A DNA stretch of 64,000 bases from Dicyema japonicum (taxonomy: Eukaryota; Animalia; Dicyemida), in the NCBI GenBank assembly GCA_011109175.1, contig RDEW01000047.1:20324-84323 (forward strand). The letters are read 5' to 3'. Below, one piece after another: positions 49,709 to 62,271 of the stretch (its first letter is position 1; the number at the start of each line of letters is the position of its first letter). The position numbers were made by a program, and so were the translations under genes. The notes beneath the pieces are model-generated. The model was not told the DNA's origin and did no database searches. It saw only the letters and a program-made list of their open reading frames with translations.

Positions 49709-52150
49709 GGTGAGGTGGTGACTTGCCTTGTTTCTTCTCTGTACAACGGTTACGAAAAATGTCTAAAAAGCAGAAGATACAAGAGAATGTGTTTGCCCTA
49801 AAGCTTAAGTTCAATGCTAGAGGAATATCTTAGCCTCAGTCAAGAAATACTCTTTGTGATGACCTAGAAAGATATAACGTTTCTATTGGCTGCATACAAG
49901 AGACGAAAATTACGTACTATCTCGATGAAAACCATAGAAAATATCGACTAATATGCCTACCCAGTGACTCAAAACACTATGGTCTTGGATTCGACATTCA
50001 CAGAAAACTATCATCTGACATGAGTCGCATTTGGTGGATGAATGGCAGGATCTGCGTAATACCGATCGGTCGGAACAACCAATGTTCCCCTAAAAATACA
50101 CTTACAATTATAAACGTATATGCACCACACTGTGGAAGAGTGGTAAAAAACCTGACGGAACTGGATGAATTCTACACAGCATTATCAAAGACGTATAATG
50201 AATATGAGTCATCCTCACATATATTTATTGCTGGCGATCAAAATGCGAAAATTAGAACAGAAAAGAACTCAGAAGATACCTTAATGTGAAGACACGGATG
50301 TGGGAAAAGAAACTTCCCTGGGACCATACTTTGCAATTTCTGCACGGCAAACAAATTGTTCTTGTGCAACACCGTATTCTCTCATCGTGCATGCCACATA
50401 ACCATTTGGATGGGCGAACGAAGAAACCCAGATGGAAACCCTGTCCCTATATACAACCAAATTGATTATATCATATGCAGGATTAACGACAAACGCTCTC
50501 CTTTAAACGCACCCTCATACCAAGGTTCAACAACTGTCAGCGATCACAGAATGGTTATTGTCACCTTTAGTAGGCGAAACATGGTAGCAAACATAAGAAA
50601 CATAACAAACAATAATATTGAGAATACAAGAAATGGATACACAACGGAAAAACTGATCTCTCACCCAGATACAGTCAAAAATTACCAAAAATACATCTGC
50701 TCTTCTCTAGCCGGGTGGAATAGTGGTTAGGTGTCGGGCTAGAGAGGCTTAGGTCATAGGTTCGATTCTCGCTGCTGTTCACCTGGTGGAAGGTTCCAGG
50801 CATCTACGATGCGGAAAGGGCTTGACGAGTGACGCCGTCATCAGTGGAGATTCACTGCGGAACTGGATAGTCAAAATGACATACACACAAGAAAAAGAAA
50901 AAACAAAGAAGTGAAGAGCATTCCTTGGTTCTCCCTCTACGATTAGTTATAATAACTCTTCTTTACTTGAATAAAGTGTGTGTCATGCACGGGCGAAACC
51001 CTAGGCATCTTACGTGCTTATGGCAACGCGGCAGTGCTTAATTATTAATTATCATTATCTTCTCTGAAGGACCTAACAGTAGGAATTTCGTGGGATCGTA
51101 CAAAAAATATAATAAACGAAACAGCAAGCCAGTACCTCAGCACGCGGGAGATGGCCAGTATGGGTCGGACGATACATACAGAACTAGCAAAAAAGATAAA
51201 AGAAATCCATACAAAAAAAACTAAACGAAAAAGACTATAACAAGAGAAAACCCCTTCAGGGGCATAGGGACCAAATCCGTTTAAAAATCAGGAGACTGAA
51301 TAAGACACTCCACCAAAAAAAACTGCTTCGCAAACTCAATGAAATAACCAAACTAAAAGATAATTCTCAAATGTATATGACCGCTCTTTACTACGTCACA
51401 TAAACCGGAAAGAACGAATAATCATCGAAGACAAAAATGGCAAGACAATACTGAATACTGAAGAGCAAGCGGAGGTATTTGCAACACATTTCGAGAAACT
51501 TTTCAATGTGACTACAGCAATCTCTACATTCAAAGGAAAGTCAAGACCCTTGAAAGAACCAAATACAATTTTGGAAGTAAAAACAGCATGTCAAAAACTA
51601 AAAAAAATAACAGAAGGCCGGACCAGATACGATAAACCCAGAATTACTGAAATACGGCCTTGACCCCCTTTTTGAAAAAATCGCTACACTACTAAATGAA
51701 ATGTTTTCAGCTAACTCAACTTTACCCCTGGGAACGGGATTACTAATACCTATACAAAAACCCAATAAACCCAAAGGACTTGTTGAAAACTTACGACCAA
51801 TTATATTATCTAATTCTCTACGGAAAATATTAGCTAACATTGTATTGGAACAAATAAAAGGACCCTTCCACCTATGACTACCTACCCGAAAGTCAAAGTG
51901 GGCTCAGAGAAGGAAGATCAACAGCCATGCTGTCTGGAGTCACAGATGGAGATGTGCAACACATCAAAGATATTGCAATGACACCCACATTCTGGGAATA
52001 GACCTATCAATAGCCTTTGATTTTGTTAACAGGAACAAATTGATGACAGTGCTGGAAGGGTTTATTGACGAATCTAGTCTAAGAATGATCCAAATCCTTC
52101 TATCTAACACAGAGCTCCTTGTGAAAGTTGGAAAAACCTACTCAAAAAAA
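49709..52150 (+). mobile_element. RTE-clade LINE, 5' end through RT, degenerate, interrupted by a SINE
   Basis: ATG at 49759, then APE motifs (FNARG, CIQETK, INVYAP, IAGDQNAK, NQIDYI, SDHRMV) and RT motifs (NLRPIIL, IDLSxAFD). Confidence 0.85.
50709..51057 (+). mobile_element. SINE family 1, full length, variant 3' tail, 8-bp TSD
   Basis: TCTTCTCT at 50701-50708 and 51058-51065; removing the insert restores the host RTE frame (KYICSSLKDLTV). A and B boxes present. Confidence 0.9.
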
Positions 52151-52199
52151 TTCATAATTTTTCGACGTGTCACATCTTCGAGATTTTCATGAGCGACCC

Positions 52200-53950
52200 G
52201 ACCTTTTTTGTCTTCTCCATAATTCGTCAGAGCATTTTTCAGCACGGCTAAAAGTTGTGTAGTTTTTTTCTGTGTCAATAGTGAGAAACCATTTTCAGAA
52301 TATTTTTGGAAGCACGTCGTGAATATGGTTTAAACTTTAAAGCATCGACGTCGTCATTTACAAAGTCTAAATCATTGGCGTAATTTATTTCGTAGTAATT
52401 ATCTTTGACTATTAAATTCTTTCAGTACTGCTTCAAGGTAAATCACAAATAGGATTGGAAATAAAGAATCCCTTTTGGTACTCCATGTGAATTGTTAAAG
52501 GATCTTTTTGTTGATTTTCTAACTCTAACCGATAATTGTGTCTTTTTAGAAGCTGGTAAATAATCTTTATGTCGTCCTGATGAATGAAATTTTTTAAAAC
52601 ATTTAAAAAAAATTTCCCTTTGGACTGAATTAAAGGCTCGGGACATTCCAAGGAATGATCTTTTGAATTTCTGGTTTAATGCACTGACTATCGATGTTCC
52701 CATATTGCATTTGCCGTCGACCTTTCTTCTCTGAACTCATTTTGACCAAAAAAGGAATCCATTCACTTTGTCTTCTATTTTGTGCAATTATGGATAAAGT
52801 TTTTCGAATATTCTTAATAAAATTGTAGGTTTCAAATTGCATAAAGGCCCTCGGGGCTTATGTAGTGGAATCAGCCATTCTTCACCAACATCAAAAGAGT
52901 TGTCTTCCTCAAATAGACGATTTATTATGTTAGATTTTTTCAGCTAACTTCATTGGACCAAACTTCATTAGTTTTGCGGAGATATTATCTGGTCCAGCTG
53001 ATCGTTTGGAATTCAACCTCTTAATTGCTTTAAATGTCTCTGAAAAATTAATGGGTTGGGTCAGAGGAGACTTTTCTGGTCTAAGATGGTTCAATGCACC
53101 TTCAATGTTATCCTTTGTGTTGAAAAGATCTTTGTAATACGATACAGCTTTGACTTTTCATGGCCATCAATGATCACATGTCCGTGTTGATCATTAACTG
53201 TGATATTTCTTATTCTTTTTTCTCGATTGATTGTTCGAATGAAGCAGAAGTCTCTGTCCAAATCTTTTCTATCGTTCTGCTCAATCCGGTCATTTTTAGT
53301 GATTCGTTATATTTCATTTTCTTGGCGTCATTATGGCGCAAAATATCTGTGTTATATCTTGCTGAGGCAATTCTTTAATGTTTTCCAGTCGTTCCATATA
53401 TCTTGCGTAGAGCCAGACGGGCAACAACGAGTTTGGGATCACTAACTGTCCCCAGGGCTCCGAATGATCTTGAATCAGTCACTGGATTGTTCTAAATTCT
53501 GTATAATATTTAATCTATTGATTGAATATTTTGACGTGATTTCCGTCTTTTTCTCTCTTGATCCGACCCAGGTTGTCTTATGTCTAACAGAATGTTTAAA
53601 TGCTGTATTTGTGATAAATTGGTCAAAAGGAGAGCAGAATTGAGAAAGTGATCCACGGGTAAATTTCACCGATTCCGCCGTGAAATCCTATGCAGCACTC
53701 ACCAGGCCTTTATTTTCCAGCTCTGGAATTCCAATCACGAGCAATGAATATAAGGTAAGATGAAGAAATAGAATTATACGCTTCAGTTACAGCTGAGTAG
53801 AAACTCTATGGTTCTTTTGGGTAGATGAAACTCTGACTCCCGTTGGGACATATACATTCATAGTAGAGATCACAGAAATTGGTTTATTCCCCATCTGCTT
53901 TGCATAGCAGCTACTCGGCCAGATACCGACAAATTTGAGTTACACGACTG
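52200..53950 (-). mobile_element. Second RTE-clade LINE relic (APE + RT)
   Basis: ITNTAFKHSVRHKTTW, NRSAGPDNI, MSRAFNSV, GVPKG and YANDL fragments. Confidence 0.75.
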
Positions 53951-54404
53951 TTGAAATTATGATTGATAGCAAATTCATCTATAGTGTCTAATTATGTTCA
54001 ATAATTAGCTTTGTAGTATTTACTCGTCGTGAAATCCTACGAGGGAAGCGAGTTCCTCTGTCATTTTTATTTTTTGTTCGAATGAGTTTTACTTCAAAGG
54101 TTTCGACTTTGAGGTGTTCATAAATAGAAAAAACGTGATCAGTTTACCTGGTGTTACCTCAAGTAGCTGTTGAAATCTCCCCTTATCATTTAATGCGAAC
54201 TTAATATCATCAGAATACGGAAAGCAGATTCCAGATCCTCCATCGAAATCAGTGACAGTACACAATTTGATGAGTCTACTTTCTACCTCAAAATGTTGCT
54301 ACATGTTTTTATTTGCCATGTCCGCAATATCCATTTTTTTTCCCAGTTGATCTTGATAGTTATCGTAGGCGGCAACGCTGCATCGATTAAGTTGCCTAAA
54401 AATC

Positions 54405-55260
54405 CACCGTCACAACCAAAATAAACAAAATTCAGGTGATCCAGACCTCGCTCGATAGTCTTCGCATCTTTTCTCGGTGTTCCGACTCCATTCTTGCGCG
54501 TTTCCTATATGAACGGAGTCCGCATACTCGAGTCCTTCGCAGGGGCACAGTTCCAGTTGCCTCTATTATATTTTCAAGGTTTCTGGGCTGAATTTCCACA
54601 CGCAAAGATTTCCTTAGTAGGTTTGCTGCCTTCACTTGAATGTTTCGTTGCAGAAAGGAATCTCAGACATTACATGCGTATCCTATTGTAGCCTCGATGA
54701 ACTGTTTGTATATGACACCCAGTCCACTCAGATCTTTTTTGTCTCTTAGGTTTCCCAAGATCGATTTCAGGAAGTTGATTTTCCTCGTACAAGTCAATAA
54801 CATATTTTCGACATGTTTTGTAAAGGTTACAAGGTGTCAAAGGTAACTCCTAAAATTTTCTGGAATTTGTTTTGCGGGATATTTTCCCATCTTTTTGTAG
54901 TCTTCTGTTTGTCGTGAATAGGGTCAACACCGACTTCTTTGGGCTAGCAGTCAATTGATTTTCCCAAAGCCATAAACTTAATTTATTCAGATTGACCATT
55001 ACTCTTCTCGTTGCTTCGATGATACTCACATCCCTAGAAGCAATGATTATATCATCCAAATACGTTAATAATATGTCATTGTCTTTCTGTAGGAGTGGCA
55101 TGTCATTCATAATAAGCTTAACAAGAGGAGAGATAATGGGGGAAGGAGGGCCCTGAGGAACGGCATTTGCTAATAATCTCGATGCGGAACATTGATTACC
55201 ATAGTGTACTCGACCTCGTCGACCACTCAAGAAATTTACCAACCATAATTTCAGGTTTGA
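54405..55260 (-). mobile_element. Jockey/I-like LINE RT + 3' end relic
   Basis: NFLSGRRGRV..VPQG..YLDDIII..WLWENQL; the 3' end resembles the 8728 family. Confidence 0.75.
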
Positions 55261-55503
55261 ATCTACGAAGAAATATCCTGATAATTGTTATAATTTTAGG
55301 ACATATTTAAAAAATAATAAAAATTAGATTATTTTGATAATAAAAAAATAATGAAATTATACTGGTTGATGGTCGTTGTTTCTTTTAAAACATCCAGAAG
55401 AATGTACAAACTATAGCTCCGATAATAAAGATAACCCATACATCTTGAACTTAAAGACCACTCGGGTGGTATATCATTTTAATATTATTTTAATAAATTT
55501 TTT

Positions 55504-56005
55504 GGTTGAGGTGGTGACGTCCCTCTTGAAAAGTATGTCTGAAAAACACGAAAATTGCAACCTAAATGACTTCTCTCTTATAACGTTCAATGTCAAAGGA
55601 CTCTCTAGTGCATGGAAAAGAAAAGAATTTTGTGAAGACCTTTCAAAATACAAGAGACAAAAATATCGAAGGAGTTTGAAATCTTATACAAGAGAACACG
55701 AACTGAGCAATATCATGTGAGATTACTGATTCAAGATGGAGGCTCTTTGAACAAATAGTCCGCCACGATATAGGGACCCCTGCCAACATAGCAATGGGGG
55801 AGTATTTTGTTTTAGAAGCTTCTCGTTTCCGCGGCCGGCCGAGGACAACACTGCCGGTTATTCTAGATGAAGATCTCAGGATACGCTACGGAACATGGCA
55901 ACGGATCGAAAAAGATGGGGGACGTTAACTAGATTGTTAACTTTTCGTGTTGCACATGCTTTGTCATGATCTTGGCATCGCTTACGTGCCTAAACAATAA
56001 TAATT
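55504..56005 (+). mobile_element. Internally deleted RTE LINE (5' UTR/APE start joined to 3' end)
   Basis: MSEK..ITFNVKGL start, then RWRLF..FRGRPRTTLPVILDEDL end and an AATAATAA tail. Confidence 0.7.
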
Positions 56006-57102
56006 TTAATAAATTAAAATTTTCGACTTCTTTAAATTGGGGACCCTGCCGCGTAGGCATCGATTGCAGACAAACAGATCGATTTCACACATACAAACAG
56101 ACAAAGAGGATAAGTCCGTTGTTGTAGAAGGCTCCGATTTGAATCTATGTTGGATTTGGCAAGAGATGAAATGATGTGAGTTCTTTCATTTGCTAGGGAT
56201 AGCGTTAGATTTTGAAGAGATTATGATGGAATTTTCCGAGAACCTTTAGTAGAATACAAGGAATACCATTGAGATTTCATGTATAAGATCTTTTCATGGA
56301 TAACATTGCTTGTGTATCCTCAGGTCAATGAATAGCTTTAATTTGGGCCTGTCAACATTATTATATTTCTTGAAACTTTCTTTATTCCTATGTGAGCTTT
56401 TGACGTAGTTCAACTTTAGTATAACTGTACTGTGATCAATATGAAAGTTGTGGAGACGTTCCGTGAATTTATTGGCGCAATTTTTGAATAAGAAATAAAT
56501 AGATTTGGTGATGTGAGTCATCATTTCTTGGACTGGAGTCCACGTGTGAATTTTATGGTGATATAGAATCACTATTTTCGATGGAGTCAACAATTAGATT
56601 CGACCTCTTATTGGCAGATTGAGTTGTCAGCAATTGGGAGTTTTCGACCTCCACATATTAATTTTTCCAATTCGTGCAGCATTCCTGTGGGGGAATGTCA
56701 AGTCAATTAAGATCTAACAATTAATGATGTCAAACGAGATTTGTTCAGCGGTTCTCTCGCGTAAAATTAGATTACCCACTCGTGTGCTTATATCTTATAA
56801 GTCAAAACGTTTTTAATGATGGCAAGTAACCCACTCCATGTCCAAGTCGATCTTTTCTGAGGAACCTGTATAAAAAAAAATTGGGTTACACTCTTTGTTA
56901 AAGTTCCGAGTCCAGGATGTTTAAAATGTTGTAGCTCTAGGATCATTGATTTTAGCATTGAATTGAATAACAAGGTATTTTGGTTCCGGACTTGATTTAT
57001 GACTTCAGAAAACACAAGTTTCCATCAAACGAAACAAAACTTTTGAAGGCTCCCAACGGAAAGTAAAAAAAGATAATTTAGACTATTTAAAATCAATATT
57101 AA

Positions 57103-57850
57103 TCAGTATGGAGAGTTTTGTTTTACTTTCTTCAACTGTACCTTAAGTCTTTTATTTTAACTTTGTATCCGTTCATTTTCTGAATGGCCACAGAAGCAGA
57201 ACTTGAATTATCGTAGCTCACAAACCCTGACTTGAATTAAATCATTACCAAACATCGACTCTTTTTCGTATCCTGGTCCCGAAACACCTTTGCAGAGAAA
57301 ACTTGTCCTTATAAAGAAAACATCTCTAGCAGGTTCTTATCAGAGCACTCCTGGGAAAGGTAATATATAGACTGCAGCCATGTGTGGAATAACTCCTCAC
57401 AGAAACGTTAAATTGTATTGACAAGTGAAGAGCCTGCATTCAAAATCACAGTCTTGAATACCTTCATAGGGAATGAACATGTCCTTGAGGTCACTGACGG
57501 TGAATCGCTTAGGAAGCATTCCAACAAACAGTTGGCGTTCATCTTCATATTATTTTGGCAAAGTGACAGCTTCTGACTTCACTGTCGGCCACCTTCATTT
57601 GCGCGGGATGTTTCATCTGAAAGAATGAGAATTCAATAACCCCCGGAAATATTTGCTTGTTGTGGAGGGCTCCCTGGGCAGCGAAAGCTGACTGTTTTTT
57701 GGCGTATGTGACAAAACAGCAGCCTTTGCTTTCCCCAGTTTTGCTTTCTTTGATAAGAACTACTTCGGTTGTGTCTCCGTAACTTTGAAAGTGGCTTCTA
57801 GTATCGTCCTCATTCATATTCCGTGGGATTTCTCACACAAAAATTTGAAT
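57103..57850 (-). pseudogene. CELF/Bruno-family RRM protein pseudogene (RRM1, partial RRM2, RRM3; introns retained)
   Basis: FV*EIPRNM..SKGCCFVTY..AQGALHN..MKHPAQMKVADSE..LFVGML; RRM3 SAKVFRDQ..FVSYDN..MNGY..KRLKVQLKK..SPY*. Contains in-frame stops and lacks the linker. Intron at 57617-57640. Confidence 0.85.
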
Positions 57851-57856
57851 GAGTCT

Positions 57857-58600
57857 TGGAAATGGGAACTGTACGAAACCATCTAAACAGCTATTCTCAA
57901 AGTTCATGTGGATACTCTATTTTTGAATTAATTCTCTTTTCCCTCTAATAGTACGTCGAATTCTGTGTTTTTAAGTCTCAGTATCCACATGAACTTTGAG
58001 AATAGCTGTTTAAATGGTTTCGTGCAGTTCCCACTTCCATTTTGTTCCCCCCATCTTAGACTACCTTACATTCTGCAATAATTTTAATGAGATAGAACCT
58101 TTCCATATGTGGTGCATTGGTACCAGTACTCGAGTCAATAAAGTTATAACGATGATTGATCAACCGTCTACAAAACCTATCTTGAAAACTGTTGGTCTAA
58201 TTCGTCGTCAAACGTCTGTTTCTAGATGAATGGTCTTCCACAATTATTTTTTTTCGTTAGAAAATATACTTTCGTTTATTTGAACGATCAAGTCGTCGCC
58301 GAATTCCAGCCAAGATTGTTTTTAAAAATTCTCTGCGACGCAATTTTAGAACTCAACATACAAATAAAGCGAATGGAGTTTTCAAAATTCACAGTAGTTC
58401 TCTAAACACGACCTAAGATATGTAATCACAAAAAATACCGGAACGTATCCTACGAGACCACCTTGATTCATTAAAGACCATGTCATTTTTACAGTATTTT
58501 CTATCGGTAAAAAATCCCGTTTTCTTGTAGATTCATCGATGTTTTGAGGAAAATTAAAGAGATTAATTTGTTTCCACATGAAACTACAGGTTAAAAATTT
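57857..58600 (-). mobile_element. Merlin (IS1595/IS1016-like) transposase relic; second copy at ~59710-60535
   Basis: GDDLIVQINESIF..GR and INHRYNFIDPSTGVNAPHMERF..GTARNHLNSY match the DDE_Tnp_IS1595 motifs VEIDES and VNHxxxFVDPxTGxHTxxIE. Confidence 0.75.
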
Positions 58601-59113
58601 GTAGATAAAAAATTCAAAAAATTATTAAATAAAAAATTAAATTAATCGTAAGAAATTAATAATTAAATTTTGGACGCCCTCCGGAATTGGATTTCTATCC
58701 GAAGAAGGACCCGGCGTTATACAGACCGGTCTGTTCGGTCCTTGGGGTGACTTTTGACATGCACATGTCATTCTCGCCTCATGCTGAAAACGTCTTTACA
58801 AAATACGAAAAGAAAACTAGTGTTTTGAAATGCGTCACATGCTTCTGGAAGAACGACTTTGCATTTATTGAAGTTTATTTTCCACACTTCCCAGGCGAGG
58901 TCGTCGATACAAAGGAATGGCTCCAGATTCCTCTTGTTTTGATCAAAAATGGTCGGACCTTCTCCAGACATTATTCCCGTCGACTTCCTGTGTAGACACA
59001 TGCGAAGACAATTCAGAGAACCGGTGGGGTCCTAATGAGAACAGGATGAAAATGAACCGAGACAACTTAAGTAACTCATTTACGATTACCTTCCTTCTCG
59101 TGTTTCTGTGGTN

Positions 59114-59700
59114 CTTTTTCGTATCCTGGTCCCGAAACACCTTTGCAGAGAAAACTTGTCCTTATAAAAAAAACATCTCTAGCAGGTTCTTATCAGAACA
59201 CTCCTGGGAAAGGTAATATATAGACTGCAGCCTTGTGTGGAATAACTCCTCACAGAAACGTTAAATTGTATTGAAAAGTGAAGAGCCTGCATTCAAAATC
59301 ACAGTCTTGAATACCTTCATAGGGAATGAACATTTCCATGAAGTCATTGACGGTGAATCGCTTGGGAAGCATTCCAACAAACAGTTTACGTTCATCTTCA
59401 TATTATTTTGGCAAAGTAACAGCTTCTGACTTCACTGTCGGCCACCTTCATTTGCACGGGATGTTTCATCTGAAAAAATGAGAATTCAACAACCCCCGGA
59501 AATATTTGCTTGTTGTGGAGGGCTCCCTGGGCAGCGGAAGCTGACTGTTTTTTGGCATATGTGACAAAACAGCAGCCTTTGCTTTCCCCAGTTTTGCTTT
59601 CTTTGATAAGAACTACTTCGGTTGTGTCTCCGTAACTTTGAAAGTGGCTTCTAGTCTCGTCCTCATTCATATTCCGTGGGATTTCTCACACAAAAAATTT
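59114..59700 (-). pseudogene. Second copy of the CELF pseudogene (within tandem duplication 57260-59112 / 59114-61070)
   Basis: Near-identical to 57260-57850 with the same TGA. Starts right after an N, so it may be an allelic contig. Confidence 0.7.
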
Positions 59701-61942
59701 GAACGAGTCTTGTAAATGGGAACTGTACTAAACCATCTAAACAGCTATTCTCAAAGTTCATGTGGATACTCTATTTTTGAATTAATTCTCTTTTCCCTCT
59801 AATAGTTCGTCGAATTCGGTGTTTTTAAGTCTCAGTATCCACATGAACTTTGAGAATAGCTGTTTAGATGGTTTCGTGCAGTTCCCACTTCCAATTTGTT
59901 CCCCCCATCTGAGACTACCCTACATTCTGCAATAATTCCACATGAACTTTGAGAATAGCTGTTTAGATGGTTTCGTGCAGTTCCCACTTCCAATTTGTTC
60001 CCCCCATCTGAGACTACCCTACATTCTGCAATAATTTTAATAAGATAGAACCTTTCCATATGTGGTGCATTGACACCAGTACTCGGGTCAATAAAGTTAT
60101 AACGATGATTGATCAACCGTCTACAAAACCTATCTTGAAGACTGTTGGTCTAATTCGTCGTCAAACGCCTGTTTCTAGATGAATGGTCGTCCACAATTAT
60201 TTTTTTTCGTTAGAAAATATACTTTCGTTTATTTGAACGATCAAGTCGTCGCCGAATTCCAGCCAAGATTGTTTTTAAAAATTCTCTGCGACGCAATTTT
60301 AGAACTCAACATACAAATAAAGCGAATGGAGTTTTCAAAATTCACAGTAGTTCTCTAAACATGACCTAAAATATGTAATCACGAAAAATACCGGAACGTA
60401 TCCTATGAGACCACCTTGATTTATTAAAGACCATGTCATTTTTACAGTATTTTATATCGGTAAAAAATCCCCTTTTCTTGTAGATTCCTCGATGTTTTGA
60501 GGCAAATTAAAGAGATTAATTAGTTTCCACATGAAACTACAGGTTAGAAATTTGTAGATAAAAAATTCAAAAAAATATTAAATAAAAAATTAAATTAATC
60601 GTAGGAAATTAATAATTAAATTTTGGACGCCCTTCGGAATTGGATTTCTATCCGAAGAAAGACCCGGCGTTATACAGACTGGTCTGTTCGGTCCTTTGGA
60701 TGACTTTTGAAATGCACATGTCATTCTCGCCTCATGCTGAAAACGTTATTACAAAATACGAAAAGAAAACTAGTGTTTTGAAATGCGTCAGAGGCATCTG
60801 GAAGAACGACTTTTCATTTATTGAAATTTATTAAACTCTATTTTCCACACTTCCCAGGCGAGGTCGTCGATACAAAAGAATGGCTCCAGATTCCTCTTGT
60901 TTTGATCAGAAATGGTCAGACCTTCTCCAGACATTATTTCCGTCGACTTCCTGTGTAGACACATGCGAAGACAATTCAGAGAACCGGTAGGGTCCTGATG
61001 AGAACAGGATGAAAATGAACCGAGACAACTTAAGTAACTCATTTACGATTACCTTCCTTCTCGTGTTTATGTGGTTATTATGTACACTAGAACACATAAT
61101 GTCTGTTAAAATGACCATATATAGAAAAAAATCCAAAAGATTTCATGGTTTCCATTCTCTACTTTCAAAAAGTCACATTTTCAAGAAAAAGCCTTATCTA
61201 CAGATCTTATCTACGAATAAATGGCCATGTCTGTTGTGATAATCTGATAAACCAGACAAAATCTACAAAACCAAATTTTTATCAATTTTAAGATTTAACT
61301 CAACAAAGCTTCACTAAGTTGATTAACAAATCAACAAATGGAGATTCATTTACTAAATTTCAAAAAATGCTCCAAAAATGAGAATACTCTTGTAAATAAA
61401 GTTATTGGCTTAATGTCGGTCTAATTAGCCTTATTTATATTCATTAGGATTGGTTTTGCATAATCACAGTTTAATGCTACTAAATTTATCTCACTAGTAG
61501 GTACTATTACAAGGATAATTATCGCATGACAAGTGAAACGTGAGGTCGCTTTAAAATTCTCCCTCGCCGCCTCGAGAAGCAACAACTTCGGTTTGTCGGT
61601 CAATCTAGTGAAGGATTATTTAGAACCTAAGATCACCAAGGAAGTTGTTAAAATTAATAATTAAGTATCCCGGCTACCATTCCCATGCATATTCTTCAAA
61701 TATCCCAACTTTTGCACAATAGAACCTCCACGAATTCTTATAAAGGAACTCTACCGGAGTTTCCTAAAAACATAGCGTGGCGTCGTGGGGTTCACCTGTT
61801 GTAGTGGCGCTCAGTAAAAGTTCTGAATGGAAAAGAAGGTTTGACATTTTCCACCAAAGTGGCCTACCATCTTCCCCATGAAGTATGTAAAAAAACAGCG
61901 TCATTATTTTTTTATTTTTAAAAATAAAATTGCAGGAAAATA

Positions 61943-62218
61943 ACCGCATGGCGCCATGTGGTGCTTCGTGGCTAATTGGTTGAAGTTTCTGTTTTGTTTG
62001 TGTATTCCGTCTCTGCCAGGCTGGCACGAAAAAGGATCATTTGCTCTCCCTCACTCCACTGGAGGGGTTTTCATAACTGCAACTATGGAAGTCTTTTACC
62101 CTTTATGCTGATTCTGGATGGACTCTGTTTTTGTAGAAGTGGAAGCTGGATGCACTTAATTGGTTGTTTACTTTAACTTACTCCTCAGTGCATCCGGAGT
62201 TAATAAATAAATAAAATA
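61943..62218 (+). mobile_element. SINE-like family 2 copy just upstream of the SLC22 start codon
   Basis: Matches 5268-5590 with an internal deletion; ends CCGGAGTTAATAAATAA. Confidence 0.75.
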
Positions 62219-62271
62219 GAATTTAAAAAAATTTATTTGAATAAATATTCAATTTTATATTTTATTTTAAA

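Noticed and set aside
56290-57050. Possible Gypsy/Ginger integrase relic (HPG motif)
   Set aside because: Only one short motif is recognisable, which is too weak to list as a feature without a search.
57260-61070. Tandem CELF gene duplication as a real gene family expansion
   Set aside because: Both copies share an inactivating stop and the junction is a single N, so they are probably two alleles of one pseudogene.
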